Assembly (NCBI GenBank): GCA_045542115.1
Contig: JAZQKK010000014.1
Coordinates: 253,646 to 317,645 of the forward strand
DNA: 64,000 nt
Source of the DNA: Eubacteriales bacterium
GTDB taxonomy: Bacteria > Bacillota > Clostridia > Oscillospirales > UBA644
Direction of reading: 5' to 3'
Shown: positions 37,459 to 46,662 of the stretch, one piece after another
Layout: each line of letters begins with the position of its first letter
Numbering within the stretch: the first letter of the stretch is position 1
The notes under the pieces: model-generated
The model's input: only the letters and a program-made list of their open reading frames with translations
Database searches by the model: none
What the model was told of the DNA's origin: nothing
Translations under genes and position numbers: made by a program

Positions 37459-38529
37459 TTATTTATCCTTGGTCAAGAGCTTAATAATAGCGTCTCCGAC
37501 CTCGCTCGTCTTTGCCGTTCCCCCCAGGTCACAGGTGAGCGTTTTTCCTTCTACCATAAGCGCTTCGATCGCATCGATCAAACGGCATCCCCATTCTTCA
37601 TAGCCAAAGAAGTCGAGCATTTGGCTTGCCGACCAAATAGATGCCAGCGGATTTGCAATCTGCTTGCCCGCAATGTCAGGGGCAGAACCGTGGATCGGCT
37701 CAAACATAGACGGGAATTTTCTCTCGGGGTTAAGATTTGCCCCGGCAGCAAGGCCCATACCTCCCGTAATCGCGGCTCCAAGATCGGTCAAAATATCCCC
37801 AAAGAGATTTGACGTTACCACGATTTGGAATCTTGCAGGGTCTTTTACGAAAAACATACTTGCCGCATCGACCAGATAAGACGCCGTCTTCACATCGGGA
37901 TATTCCTTTGCCACCTCGGAAAACACGCTGTCCCAAAATACCATAGAATAGTTCAAGGCGTTTCCTTTGGAAATACTTGTAAGCGTTTTCTTTTCCTTCC
38001 GCGCAAGGTCGAAGGCATAGCGGATAATTCTCTCCGTGCCTTTCCGAGAGAAAACGCCGGTTTGAAGCACAACTTCGTTTTCCTGACCGCGGTACAGCCA
38101 ATCGCCTGCACCCGCATATTCGCCTTCACTGTTTTCCCGAATAACGACCATATCGATATCATCACAGGATGCGTCCTTTAACGGACAGGGCGCACCTTTC
38201 AGAAGCTTGACGGGACGAACGTTGACGTATTGGTCAAATTCGTGGCGGATTTTGAGCAACAGGTCCCAAAGAGAAACGTGATCGGGCACACCGGGATATC
38301 CCACGGCGCCAAGATAAATGGCATCGTACTGTTTCAACGTGTCGATCGCGTCATCGGGCATCATTTTTCCATTTTTCAGATAGTACTCACAACCCCACGG
38401 AAAATGCGTAAATTCAAACTGAAATCCGCCGTCGAGTTTTGCCACGTGTTCCAACACTCTTACGCCTTCGTTAATGACCTCAGGACCGATTCCGTCTCCC
38501 GCAATAACTGCAATTCTGTACTTTTTCAT
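37459..38529 (-). CDS. ttuC: Tartrate dehydrogenase / D-malate dehydrogenase (decarboxylating)
   Basis: IAGDGIGPEV, FPWGCEYY, FDQYVNVRPV, RENSEGEY, SNLFGDILTDL, MFEPIHGSAPDIAG. Confidence 0.88.
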   Translation of the reverse strand: MKKYRIAVIAGDGIGPEVINEGVRVLEHVAKLDGGFQFEFTHFPWGCEYYLKNGKMMPDDAIDTLKQYDAIYLGAVGYPGVPDHVSLWDLLLKIRHEFDQYVNVRPVKLLKGAPCPLKDASCDDIDMVVIRENSEGEYAGAGDWLYRGQENEVVLQTGVFSRKGTERIIRYAFDLARKEKKTLTSISKGNALNYSMVFWDSVFSEVAKEYPDVKTASYLVDAASMFFVKDPARFQIVVTSNLFGDILTDLGAAITGGMGLAAGANLNPERKFPSMFEPIHGSAPDIAGKQIANPLASIWSASQMLDFFGYEEWGCRLIDAIEALMVEGKTLTCDLGGTAKTSEVGDAIIKLLTKDK

Positions 38530-38613
38530 AATTTTCTCCTTTTTTTACAGTAGGTTGTGTTTCGTTATCTATATTTTATCACGTTTTTTTATATTTGTAA
38601 AGTACATTTTGGA

Positions 38614-38642
38614 TTGACAATTATAGTTTTTTGCTATATAAT
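38614..38642 (+). promoter_or_regulatory. sigmaA promoter of the LysR gene, containing an LTTR box
   Basis: TTGACA-N17-TATAAT with ATAG-N7-CTAT (T-N11-A dyad) at 38623-38637 inside the spacer. Confidence 0.75.
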
Positions 38643-38672
38643 ATAGGAAATCGGATTTTCAAGGAGAACAAA

Positions 38673-39554
38673 ATGAACATTACTCAACTCAAATATTTTT
38701 ACGCAGTGGCGACCTACCGTACGGTATCCCTTGCAGCGCAACACTTATATATCTCTCAGCCTTCCCTTTCCAACGCTATAAAGGAACTCGAAAAAGAATT
38801 CGAAGTAAGTTTGTTTTATCGACGGTATAACGGAATGTTTCTTACCCCCGCAGGAACGAAGCTTTTTAATTCAACGAAAGAACTGCTGACACTCTACGAC
38901 GAGGTAGAGCGAATGATGCATCATCTGGGGAGAAACACCAAGCAACTGCGCCTCGGAATCCCTCCTATGATCAGTTCGTTTATCTTTGCCGACATTTACA
39001 AAAATTTTATTCTCCAAAATAAAGACATCGAGCTTATCATTACGGAAAAGGGCAGGTATGAACTTTTGGATAAGCTCAACGACGGACTTCTTGACGTTGT
39101 TTTACTACCCCATACGAAGCCCTTTGACAGCAGTATTTATACCAAGAAAATAGGAATGCTTGAAATCGTATGCTGCGTGGGTAAAAACAACCCGTTATTA
39201 AAACATAACTCGGTTAATCCAAAAATGCTGGAAGAGCAGCCACTCGTGCTTTTCTCAGATAGTTTTTTCCAGACGAAAACCATTAAAAATTGGTTTGCAA
39301 AAGAAGGCATTGAACCCAATATTTCAATACAAACCGAGCAGTTGTCAACCGCGCAGAATATGATAGAAAACGACCTGGCAATCGGTTTTATGTTCAAAAA
39401 TCTCGCCCCAAAGAATCCCTCAATTGCAACCATCCCACTCGATACTCCCATTATCGTTGATGTCAGCATATTGCGGAAAAAGGATTCTTACGTCTTTGAC
39501 AGTATAATGAAATTAGAGCGTTATATTGCAGAAAGCAATCCATTTGAAAAATAA
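38673..39554 (+). CDS. LysR family regulator, divergent from ttuC
   Basis: MNITQLKYF...AAQHLYISQPSLSNAIKELE...LTPAG HTH. RBS AAGGAG. Confidence 0.94.
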   Translation: MNITQLKYFYAVATYRTVSLAAQHLYISQPSLSNAIKELEKEFEVSLFYRRYNGMFLTPAGTKLFNSTKELLTLYDEVERMMHHLGRNTKQLRLGIPPMISSFIFADIYKNFILQNKDIELIITEKGRYELLDKLNDGLLDVVLLPHTKPFDSSIYTKKIGMLEIVCCVGKNNPLLKHNSVNPKMLEEQPLVLFSDSFFQTKTIKNWFAKEGIEPNISIQTEQLSTAQNMIENDLAIGFMFKNLAPKNPSIATIPLDTPIIVDVSILRKKDSYVFDSIMKLERYIAESNPFEK

Positions 39555-39569
39555 ATCCGGTATTATAAA

Positions 39570-39603
39570 TAAAAAAATCCAAGCTCTTACGAGTTGGATT
39601 TTT
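39570..39603. terminator. Terminator between the LysR gene and tRNA-Gln
   Basis: AAAAAATCCAA-gctcttacgag-TTGGATTTTTT. Confidence 0.75.
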
Positions 39604-39677
39604 TGGCTGGGGAATAGGGATTCGAACCCCAACAAACAGAGTCAGAGTCTGTCGTGCTACCTTTACACAATTCCCCA
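39604..39677 (-). tRNA. tRNA-Gln (CUG)
   Basis: TGGGGAA/TTCCCCA acceptor stem, ACAGA-CTCTGAC-TCTGT anticodon arm, GGTTCGAATCC, encoded CCA. Confidence 0.95.
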
Positions 39678-39709
39678 ATATTCAATTCGCCTCGATTGAG
39701 ACCTTGGAT

Positions 39710-39738
39710 ATTATACCACGACTGGGCGCAATTGTCAA
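39710..39738 (-). promoter_or_regulatory. sigmaA promoter of tRNA-Gln
   Basis: Minus strand TTGACA-N17-TATAAT. Confidence 0.8.
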
Positions 39739-39880
39739 CGGTGTTCACAAAATGTTCAAAGGTTTTCGTTGGGAATCGAAAAGTTTTTAAGGTTTCTTTC
39801 ATTTTTCGATTTTCTATTATAAGAATTACTGCTTTGATTTTGGTTTTCCCAATAGTATCCCTAGCTGCCCCGAAAAAACA

Positions 39881-39909
39881 TTGACAAACGGGGAAATTTG
39901 TGTTATAAT
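39881..39909 (+). promoter_or_regulatory. sigmaA promoter of the RNase Z-like gene
   Basis: TTGACA-N17-TATAAT. Confidence 0.8.
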
Positions 39910-39941
39910 CAACATAATGACATTGTAAGGAGAATCTGGTT

Positions 39942-40661
39942 ATGAGACTGACGTTTTTGGGGTCCAGCCACGGCGTTCCGGAATCAAGACGGAAATGTTC
40001 TGCGATTTTAATCACGGTGGGCGAAAATCACTATATCGTGGATATCGGATGCGACGTTGTCCCGGAATTGGTTACCCGAAATATCGATATGAAAACGGTA
40101 AAAGGAATCTTTGTGGCTCACCCCCACGGAGACCACTGCAACGGCATTTTTGCCTTTGTGGAGCTGGCGAATTGGTATGCGGTAAAGAGCAATCCAAAAA
40201 TCCTGTTCCCCGTGGACGGCGTCAAGGAAATTCTGCAACAATGGACCTCAATGATGAGCGGCGGACGGGAAATGCGGCCGATGGAGATTGAAAAATACTC
40301 CGCCGGTGAAATTTTTAACGACGGCGTTCTGAAAGTTACCGCGATTCCCACAAAACACTGCAACGATTCTTACGCGTTTCTGTTGGAAGCGGAAGGAAAA
40401 CGGGTGCTATATACCGGAGATTTGACGGGGACGGCGGAAGATTTTCCCCACGAAGGTCTGAACGGCGGCGTGGATTTCCTGATTGGAGAATCTGCCCACT
40501 TCTCCACGATGAAATACGTGGAGATTCTGAAAGACCGGCAGGTCAAACGCTTTGCGGTCACCCACCACTTTGCTCCCAACGAACAGTTTTTGGAAGCGCA
40601 AAAAGCGTTAAAACCTTTGCCGATGACCCTGATTTACGACGGAATGGAATTTGATATTTAA
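39942..40661 (+). CDS. RNase Z/BN-like MBL-fold hydrolase
   Basis: MRLTFLGSSHGVP...CSAILI...IVDIGCD, AHPHGDH, LYTGD, THH. Confidence 0.85.
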   Translation: MRLTFLGSSHGVPESRRKCSAILITVGENHYIVDIGCDVVPELVTRNIDMKTVKGIFVAHPHGDHCNGIFAFVELANWYAVKSNPKILFPVDGVKEILQQWTSMMSGGREMRPMEIEKYSAGEIFNDGVLKVTAIPTKHCNDSYAFLLEAEGKRVLYTGDLTGTAEDFPHEGLNGGVDFLIGESAHFSTMKYVEILKDRQVKRFAVTHHFAPNEQFLEAQKALKPLPMTLIYDGMEFDI

Positions 40662-40735
40662 CAAAAAGCGGTGCTTGTTTTAAGCACCGCTTTTTGTATA
40701 TAAAAACGGCGAGACGTAACGTCTCGCCGTTTTTG
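40662..40735. terminator. Two back-to-back terminators (RNase Z-like gene and rplL)
   Basis: AAAAAGCGGTGCTT..AAGCACCGCTTTTT and AAAAACGGCGAGACG..CGTCTCGCCGTTTTT. Confidence 0.8.
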
Positions 40736-40748
40736 GATTGAGGTGAAA

Positions 40749-41129
40749 TTACTTCAATTCAACCTTAGCGCCGGCAGCTTCGAGAGCTTCCTTAGCGGCA
40801 TCGGCATCAGCCTTGGAAACCTTTTCCTTGACAGCCTTGGGAGCACCGTCAACGATTTCCTTGGATTCTTTCAGGCCCAGACCGGTGATTTCGCGGACAA
40901 CCTTGATAACGCCCATCTTGGAAGCACCAACGTCAGCCAGGATGACATCGTATTCATCCTTTTCAGCAGCAGCGGCAGCGCCGTCAGCAGCGGGAGCAGC
41001 AGCAACAACAGTTGCAGCAGCGGCGGAAACGCCGAATTCTTCTTCGATTGCCTTTACCAGTTCAGCAACTTCGATGATAGTAAGAGTTTTGAGTTCTTCA
41101 ACAATGTTAGTGATTTTTTCGCTAGCCAT
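40749..41129 (-). CDS. rplL: 50S ribosomal protein L7/L12
   Basis: [15 protein letters not shown], Ala-rich hinge, [32 protein letters not shown]. Confidence 0.98.
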   Translation of the reverse strand: MASEKITNIVEELKTLTIIEVAELVKAIEEEFGVSAAAATVVAAAPAADGAAAAAEKDEYDVILADVGASKMGVIKVVREITGLGLKESKEIVDGAPKAVKEKVSKADADAAKEALEAAGAKVELK

Positions 41130-41182
41130 TTTCATTTTCCTCCTAAATAGTAAGTTTGTTAATTTGCGTGATTATGATATTC

Positions 41183-41704
41183 TCACGCTTCTGCAGATTC
41201 TTCTGCGGGTGCAGACATTTTTTCCACGTACTGATTCAACACCACAGCCAGGTTGCGGGTAGAAGCTTGGAGCACGTACATAAGGTTGACCAGAGACTGT
41301 TCCTTGCTGGGAACCGCCGCGAGAGCCTTAACGCCGTTTTCGTCCATTACTTCGCCTTCACAGAAGCCGGCTTTGATCTTGAAGTTTTCGTGATCCTTCG
41401 CATATTTGCAAAGAATCTTTGCGGGTGCAACCACGTCATCGGTAGAGGTAGCCAGAGCGGTGGTACCTTCCATATGAACGTCAAGAGCTTCGTAACCAAC
41501 GTTTTTCAGAGCAAACTTGGTCAAAGTGTTCTTTACGACGGTGTACTCCACGCCTGCGGCACGAAGTTCACGACGCAGCTGCGTATCATCAGCAACGTTG
41601 ATACCGCTGTAATCAACGAACACACCGGCCTTCGCATTGTTCAAACGATCGGTGATCTGGTTGACGACCTGCTTCTTGGATTCAAGAATCTTTTCACTTG
41701 CCAT
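41183..41704 (-). CDS. rplJ: 50S ribosomal protein L10
   Basis: MASEKILESKKQVV, DYSGINV, LRRELRAAGVEYTVVKNTL. Confidence 0.97.
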   Translation of the reverse strand: MASEKILESKKQVVNQITDRLNNAKAGVFVDYSGINVADDTQLRRELRAAGVEYTVVKNTLTKFALKNVGYEALDVHMEGTTALATSTDDVVAPAKILCKYAKDHENFKIKAGFCEGEVMDENGVKALAAVPSKEQSLVNLMYVLQASTRNLAVVLNQYVEKMSAPAEESAEA

Positions 41705-41724
41705 TATTTTCACCTCCGAGAAAA

Positions 41725-41855
41725 GACATAACAACAAAAAATGCTCTTCTGCACCTATGAGGGCAAAAGAGCATAGTAAGCCGCGGGGGCTTATGAACTT
41801 TGTTTGCATCCTCGATAGGCATATTTCAGCATAAAGCACCTATTGTCTTAGGAAC
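41725..41855 (-). ncRNA. L10 leader with attenuator hairpin
   Basis: Minus strand CCTAAGACAATAGGTG...CCTATCGAGG upstream of rplJ, then TGCTCTTTTGC...GCAGAAGAGCA-TTTTT. Confidence 0.8.
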
Positions 41856-41886
41856 TTGGTTATTATAGCACAATTTGGGGAAAATG

Positions 41887-42705
41887 TCAAGAAGGTTTGT
41901 CTTGATTTTGATTTTTTGTCACAATCTTTGCGGTTAAAGGAATTTTTTCAAAGGATAGACGGAGCATTCCCTCTGTTTCATCTTCTACGGAAGATACTTT
42001 GTAATAATACCGGGTGGTATTTTCCAACTGCCCACTGTCTCCCAGAGAAACGAAATCCCCCTGTCCGTCGAAGATAAGATGGTCCAGCAGTTTGGCTCCG
42101 CATTCAAAGATAAAATCCCGAAGCCGGTCGGTGGTGACAAAATCTGCTTGGGAAGGAAGGGCAATTCCGGAAGGATGGTTGTGAGCAATGACGATTTTAC
42201 AGGGGAACATATCCTCAATAAAATTGGACAACGCCCGGGTATCGATCTGAGAAGAAGAAAATCCACCTCTTCCGATAAAGAGGTCTCCTTTCACCGTATA
42301 ATCCCGTTGAAGAGCAATCGCAAGAACCGATTCTTCTTCCCTTCCGAAGAAAGTAGATAAATACCGGGCTCCAAGCTGGGTGGGGTCATAGGAAGAAAGG
42401 GGTTTTTCCTCCACGGCATTGTGAAAATACCGGCGAAGCATCTCCAACAACACGGGGAACATCTGTGAGGACACCTCGCCCATTCCCGGGACGGTCTGCA
42501 ACTGTGCCGGAGTAGCGTTTAAAACACCGTTGAGCGACCCGAAACGGATAAGCAAATCGTGAGCCAAGGCATTGGTATCTTTCTGAGGAATGGCGTAAAA
42601 GAGAACCAATTCCAACAATTCGTGGTCTTCAAAAATTTCGGGAGCCCTGGAAAACCGTTTGCGAAGACGGGCACGATGTCCGCCGTGTGAATGATTCAGT
42701 CCCAT
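41887..42705 (-). CDS. radC: RadC/JAB-domain protein
   Basis: GHRARLRKRF, ELLELVLFYAIPQKDTN, RFGSL, AHNHPSG...PSQAD...LLDHLI. Confidence 0.92.
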   Translation of the reverse strand: MGLNHSHGGHRARLRKRFSRAPEIFEDHELLELVLFYAIPQKDTNALAHDLLIRFGSLNGVLNATPAQLQTVPGMGEVSSQMFPVLLEMLRRYFHNAVEEKPLSSYDPTQLGARYLSTFFGREEESVLAIALQRDYTVKGDLFIGRGGFSSSQIDTRALSNFIEDMFPCKIVIAHNHPSGIALPSQADFVTTDRLRDFIFECGAKLLDHLIFDGQGDFVSLGDSGQLENTTRYYYKVSSVEDETEGMLRLSFEKIPLTAKIVTKNQNQDKPS

Positions 42706-42714
42706 AGAATATCC

Positions 42715-44211
42715 TTATTTTACCGATTTTAAGAAACGCATAAAGTCCCGTCTTCCCTGCTCGGTGCATTTATAAACGCCGGCATCTTCCAACACCTGAT
42801 TGAAAACGACGCCGATTTCGTGATGCAAAATATCATCCACTGTCTCTTCCGTAACTTTGGGATAACGGGGCAAAAATTCTTCCACCCAATCCGCGTGGGA
42901 TTCCGTAAGGGGATTGGTCCGCATATCCGCGCCGGAAAGAATCGCCTCGGCCACGGCCGCCATCTCGTTTTTCAGGCGGGAAGGAAGCACCGCAAGTCCC
43001 ATTACTTCAATCAAGCCGATATTTTCCTTTTTAATATGATGCAACGCCTTATGGGGATGATACAGTCCGTCGGGATGTTCGGGCGTGGTAATATTATTAC
43101 GAAGGACCAAGTCCAACTCGTATCTTCCGTCCCGCATCCGGGCAATGGGCGTGATGGTATTATGAGGCTCGCCGTCGGTCATCGCAAAGATTCCTGCATC
43201 CGCGTCGGTGTATCCTCTCCAACAGGTAAGAATCTTGTCTGCCAACTCCACGATGGGGGCAGAATCTTCCCCGGAAAGACGAACGACCGACATCGGCCAA
43301 TGCACGATTCCCGCCCGGACCGTTTCGTAGCCGGGGAAGGAGATTTCCCGTTCGACGGGGGCTTTTGCCATTGCAAAATCGTAGTTCCCCCCCTGAAAAT
43401 GTTCGTGACTCAAAATCGAACCGCCTACAATGGGAAGGTCCGCATTAGACCCGACGAAATAGTGAGGGAATTGAGAAACGAAGTCAAACAGCTTTTCAAA
43501 GACTGAACGGTCAATCTTCATCGGAGTATGTTCACCGTTGAAGACAATGCAATGTTCGTTATAATACGAGTAGGGAGAATACTGAACAAACCAGGGATTC
43601 CCGTCGATGGTCAAAGGGATAATGCGATGATTTTGACGGGCAGCAGCGTTCAAACGACCGGCATATCCTTCCGTTTCCCGGCACAGGGCACACTTGGGGT
43701 AGGAAGATTGGGGGGCATTCTTCGCGGCGGCAATGGCCTTGGGGTCCTTTTCGGGCTTGGAAAGATTGACGGTAATATCCAAGTCTCCGTATTTCGTATG
43801 GGTGACCCATTTCAAATCTTTGCAGATTCGATACCGGCGGATATAGTCCGTATCCCCGCTGAAACGGTAATAATTGTCCGTAGCGGTTTTGGGAGAAACG
43901 GCGTAGTCTTCCCGGAATTTGGCAATGACCTGGGAAGGGGGCGGTGTCAAAACACCCATCAACTTGGTGTCGAACAAATCCCGCTGTACGATACTTTCCC
44001 CATCCAAAAGTCCGCGGGCGGCGGCATCGTCAATCAAAGCCTTTAAAATCTTTTCCAACCGTTGGGGTTCGTCAGACAATTCTACGTCTACGTATTCGTC
44101 CAACTGCATCACTTCCAGAATACGGTTGGTGGCCCACGTAACGTCGCAGGGTTGAATCAACCCTTTTCCTACGGCATAACCCACTAATTCTTTGATGTTT
44201 CTGTTTACCAT
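42715..44211 (-). CDS. galT: UDP-glucose--hexose-1-phosphate uridylyltransferase (type II)
   Basis: ITVNLSKPEKDPKAIAA, YPKCALC, QYSPYSYYNEH, GSNADLPIVGGSILSHEHFQGG, IKKENIGLIEVMGLAVLP. Confidence 0.95.
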   Translation of the reverse strand: MVNRNIKELVGYAVGKGLIQPCDVTWATNRILEVMQLDEYVDVELSDEPQRLEKILKALIDDAAARGLLDGESIVQRDLFDTKLMGVLTPPPSQVIAKFREDYAVSPKTATDNYYRFSGDTDYIRRYRICKDLKWVTHTKYGDLDITVNLSKPEKDPKAIAAAKNAPQSSYPKCALCRETEGYAGRLNAAARQNHRIIPLTIDGNPWFVQYSPYSYYNEHCIVFNGEHTPMKIDRSVFEKLFDFVSQFPHYFVGSNADLPIVGGSILSHEHFQGGNYDFAMAKAPVEREISFPGYETVRAGIVHWPMSVVRLSGEDSAPIVELADKILTCWRGYTDADAGIFAMTDGEPHNTITPIARMRDGRYELDLVLRNNITTPEHPDGLYHPHKALHHIKKENIGLIEVMGLAVLPSRLKNEMAAVAEAILSGADMRTNPLTESHADWVEEFLPRYPKVTEETVDDILHHEIGVVFNQVLEDAGVYKCTEQGRRDFMRFLKSVK

Positions 44212-44355
44212 AACCTTTTTCCTCACTCTTACAATATTCCACGTTCTATTGTACTACACGAAGGGGAAAATTGCAAGAGGTTAAGAATCTCGAAAGAAAT
44301 AGTTCACAAAAACGTTAAAATTCTCCCCGACACAAGCCGGGGAGAATTTGTTTCA

Positions 44356-44578
44356 TCAGTCAATGTCGTGTTTGTCTTCAAAACAAACTTCCGGGGATGT
44401 GACGGCATCGTATTCCAGGACGACGATTTCGTTCTTCCCTTGTTTCAATACGGGAGCAGGAACGTAAGGGGTACGTTGAGGCCCTTGGGAATTCCAATAA
44501 AGTCCCAAATTGAAACCGTTGCCCCACACGGAACCGTGTTCAAACCCGGTCAGACGCAAATAGGTTTCTTTGGGTTTC
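44356..44578 (-). pseudogene. C-terminal relic of a GH35 beta-galactosidase
   Basis: KPKETYLRLTGFEHGSVWGNGFNLGLYWNSQGPQRTPYVPAPVLKQGKNEIVVLE matches the GH35 C-terminal pattern (G..WVNGFNLGRYW..GPQ.TLY.P...L..G.N.I...E). No RBS; begins at the rhaD stop. Confidence 0.8.
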
Positions 44579-45400
44579 TTAGCCCAAGAAATCGTGATTC
44601 AAGGTAAGCTTGAAGTCTTTTTCGATGGCCAGAAGATATTCGTCGGTAATGGTCTGCAAGATGGGTTTGCCGGTGTGGAGAATGTTCAGATAGATCTGCG
44701 CGGATTTTTCCACGGTGTGCATCAGACCGAAGGTGTTGTCAAAATCTGTGCTGGCGGCAAAAATACCGTGGTGAGCCCAGATAGCAACGTCAAACTCCTT
44801 CATATAATCACTGGTGGCTTTCGCAACATCCAGACCGCCGGGCATCATCCAGGGAATCACGGCGACACCGTGGGGGAAGATGATGGGGCATTCGGTCATC
44901 GTGCACCAAAGAGCGCGGGAGAAGGTCTTGTTATCCAAGGGAAGAACAAAGGTCAACGCAATTACGCCCACGGGGTGGCAATGGTAAATGGTGCGGTAAT
45001 CGGGGTTGGCGGCCTTCTTGACGGAATGGTTCATCAAGTGACTGGGGAATTCGCTGGTGGGACGGTCTTTGCCGTCGTTCAGACCCCAAACCAGACGGTA
45101 AGCGTCACCCTTATCGTTGATTTCGGCAATGCCGATCGCCAATTCGGGAGAGACGGTAAAGTTCTGAAAGAATTTTCCGGTGCCGGTGGTCATAAAGTAT
45201 TCCCCGGCCAGATTGGCAACGGTCATACCCAGAGAAATCCATTCGCCGGGAGCATAGAAGTAGGGACGGCAGTCTTCCACTTCCTCGGCCTTCATACGGT
45301 AGGTCAGGTTTCCGCCGTTCCGTTCGTGCCAGCCTTGTTTCCAGCCTTCGTTCCCGAGACGGATAAACCCTTGCATTACGTTGGTATCAAAAATAGACAT
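44579..45400 (-). CDS. rhaD: Rhamnulose-1-phosphate aldolase
   Basis: GWHERNGGNLTYR, TGTGKFF, PTSEFPSHL, HCHP, MTEC, WAHHG. Confidence 0.95.
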   Translation of the reverse strand: MSIFDTNVMQGFIRLGNEGWKQGWHERNGGNLTYRMKAEEVEDCRPYFYAPGEWISLGMTVANLAGEYFMTTGTGKFFQNFTVSPELAIGIAEINDKGDAYRLVWGLNDGKDRPTSEFPSHLMNHSVKKAANPDYRTIYHCHPVGVIALTFVLPLDNKTFSRALWCTMTECPIIFPHGVAVIPWMMPGGLDVAKATSDYMKEFDVAIWAHHGIFAASTDFDNTFGLMHTVEKSAQIYLNILHTGKPILQTITDEYLLAIEKDFKLTLNHDFLG

Positions 45401-45422
45401 TATTTTACTCCTCCTAAATCTA

Positions 45423-46661
45423 TTAAACACGTTTCAAAAGAACGTTTTCTTCATATTCACGAACTTGCTTCAACCATTCCACACCTTCGGGAACGTTGTT
45501 ACGACGGCAATATTCTGCCCAAACGTCGCCGAACGGCAGGGTCTTGGCTTCTTCCTGACGCACCAGAATGTCCGTAAAGTTGCCTTCCTCCTGAGCCTGC
45601 TTCAAGTTGGGTTGCAAGAGGGCAAACAACAGGGCCTTCTGCATATTCCGGGTACCTACGACCCAAGCGGCGATACGGTTGATGCTGGCATCAAAGAAGT
45701 CCAGACCGATAAGAACCTTTTCGGTCGCGTCGTTGCGAACGATTTCCTTGGCAATTTCCTTCAACTCATCGTCGAAGATGACCACGTGGTCCGAGTCCCA
45801 ACGAACGGGACGGGAAACGTGGAGAGGAATCTTGTCAAAGAAGGGCAGCAGGGCGGGAATCTTGTCGCTGACCACTTCCGTGGGATGGAAGTGACCGTTG
45901 TCCAAAAGATAGTAAACGCCGGGGTGAGATGCCGCATAAGAAACGTAAAATTCACCGGAGCCGACGGTGTAGGATTCTACGCCGATTCCGAAGACTTTAC
46001 TTTCCACACAGTCCACAACGCCGTCCAGTTTTTCGGCAAAGATTTGGTCCAGACTTTCTTTCAGACGCATCCGGGGACCGAGGCGGTCTGCGGGAATATC
46101 CTTGTAACCGTCGGGAATCCAAACGTTGACCAGACAGTGGGTATTCAGTTCTTTTGCAAAATAGGCGGCAATGCGGCGGCAGGCAATCCCGTGACGAATC
46201 CAGAAATCGCGGATTTCCTTGTCGGGATGAGACAACGTCAGACCGTCGGCAGCCTTGGGATGGGAGAAATAGGTGGGGTTGAAGTCCAAGCCAATATTGT
46301 GCTTCTTGGCAAATTCCACCCATTTAGCGAAATGCTTGGGTTCGAGGGCATCCCGGTCTACGGGTTCGCCGTCGAAAATAGCGTAACTTGCGTGGAGGTT
46401 CAAACGCTTTTTCCCGGGAATCAGTTTGTAACTGACTTCCAGGTCTGCCATCAGTTCTTCGGGAGTTCTCGCCCGGCCGGGGTAGTTCCCGGTGGTCTGA
46501 ATTCCGCCGGAAAGTCCGGCATCGGGACGGTCAAAGCCGTTGACGTCATCCCCTTGCCAGCAATGCATACTGACAGGAATGGTTCTCAGCAGTTCCAGAG
46601 CCTTTTCAGGGTCGATGCCCAGAGCAAGATATTGTTCTTTTGCACTTTCGTAACGGTTCAT
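45423..46661 (-). CDS. rhaA: L-rhamnose isomerase
   Basis: [66 protein letters not shown]. Confidence 0.96.
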   Translation of the reverse strand: MNRYESAKEQYLALGIDPEKALELLRTIPVSMHCWQGDDVNGFDRPDAGLSGGIQTTGNYPGRARTPEELMADLEVSYKLIPGKKRLNLHASYAIFDGEPVDRDALEPKHFAKWVEFAKKHNIGLDFNPTYFSHPKAADGLTLSHPDKEIRDFWIRHGIACRRIAAYFAKELNTHCLVNVWIPDGYKDIPADRLGPRMRLKESLDQIFAEKLDGVVDCVESKVFGIGVESYTVGSGEFYVSYAASHPGVYYLLDNGHFHPTEVVSDKIPALLPFFDKIPLHVSRPVRWDSDHVVIFDDELKEIAKEIVRNDATEKVLIGLDFFDASINRIAAWVVGTRNMQKALLFALLQPNLKQAQEEGNFTDILVRQEEAKTLPFGDVWAEYCRRNNVPEGVEWLKQVREYEENVLLKRV

Positions 46662-46662
46662 A

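Noticed and set aside
39604-39677. Integrative element with att repeats at tRNA-Gln
   Set aside because: No second copy of the tRNA 3' end and no integrase were found in 33.9-39.6 kb.
41110-41704. rplJ and rplL both start MASEKI
   Set aside because: The codons differ at synonymous sites, and similar N-termini are plausible for these proteins in Clostridia; no evidence of duplication or conversion.
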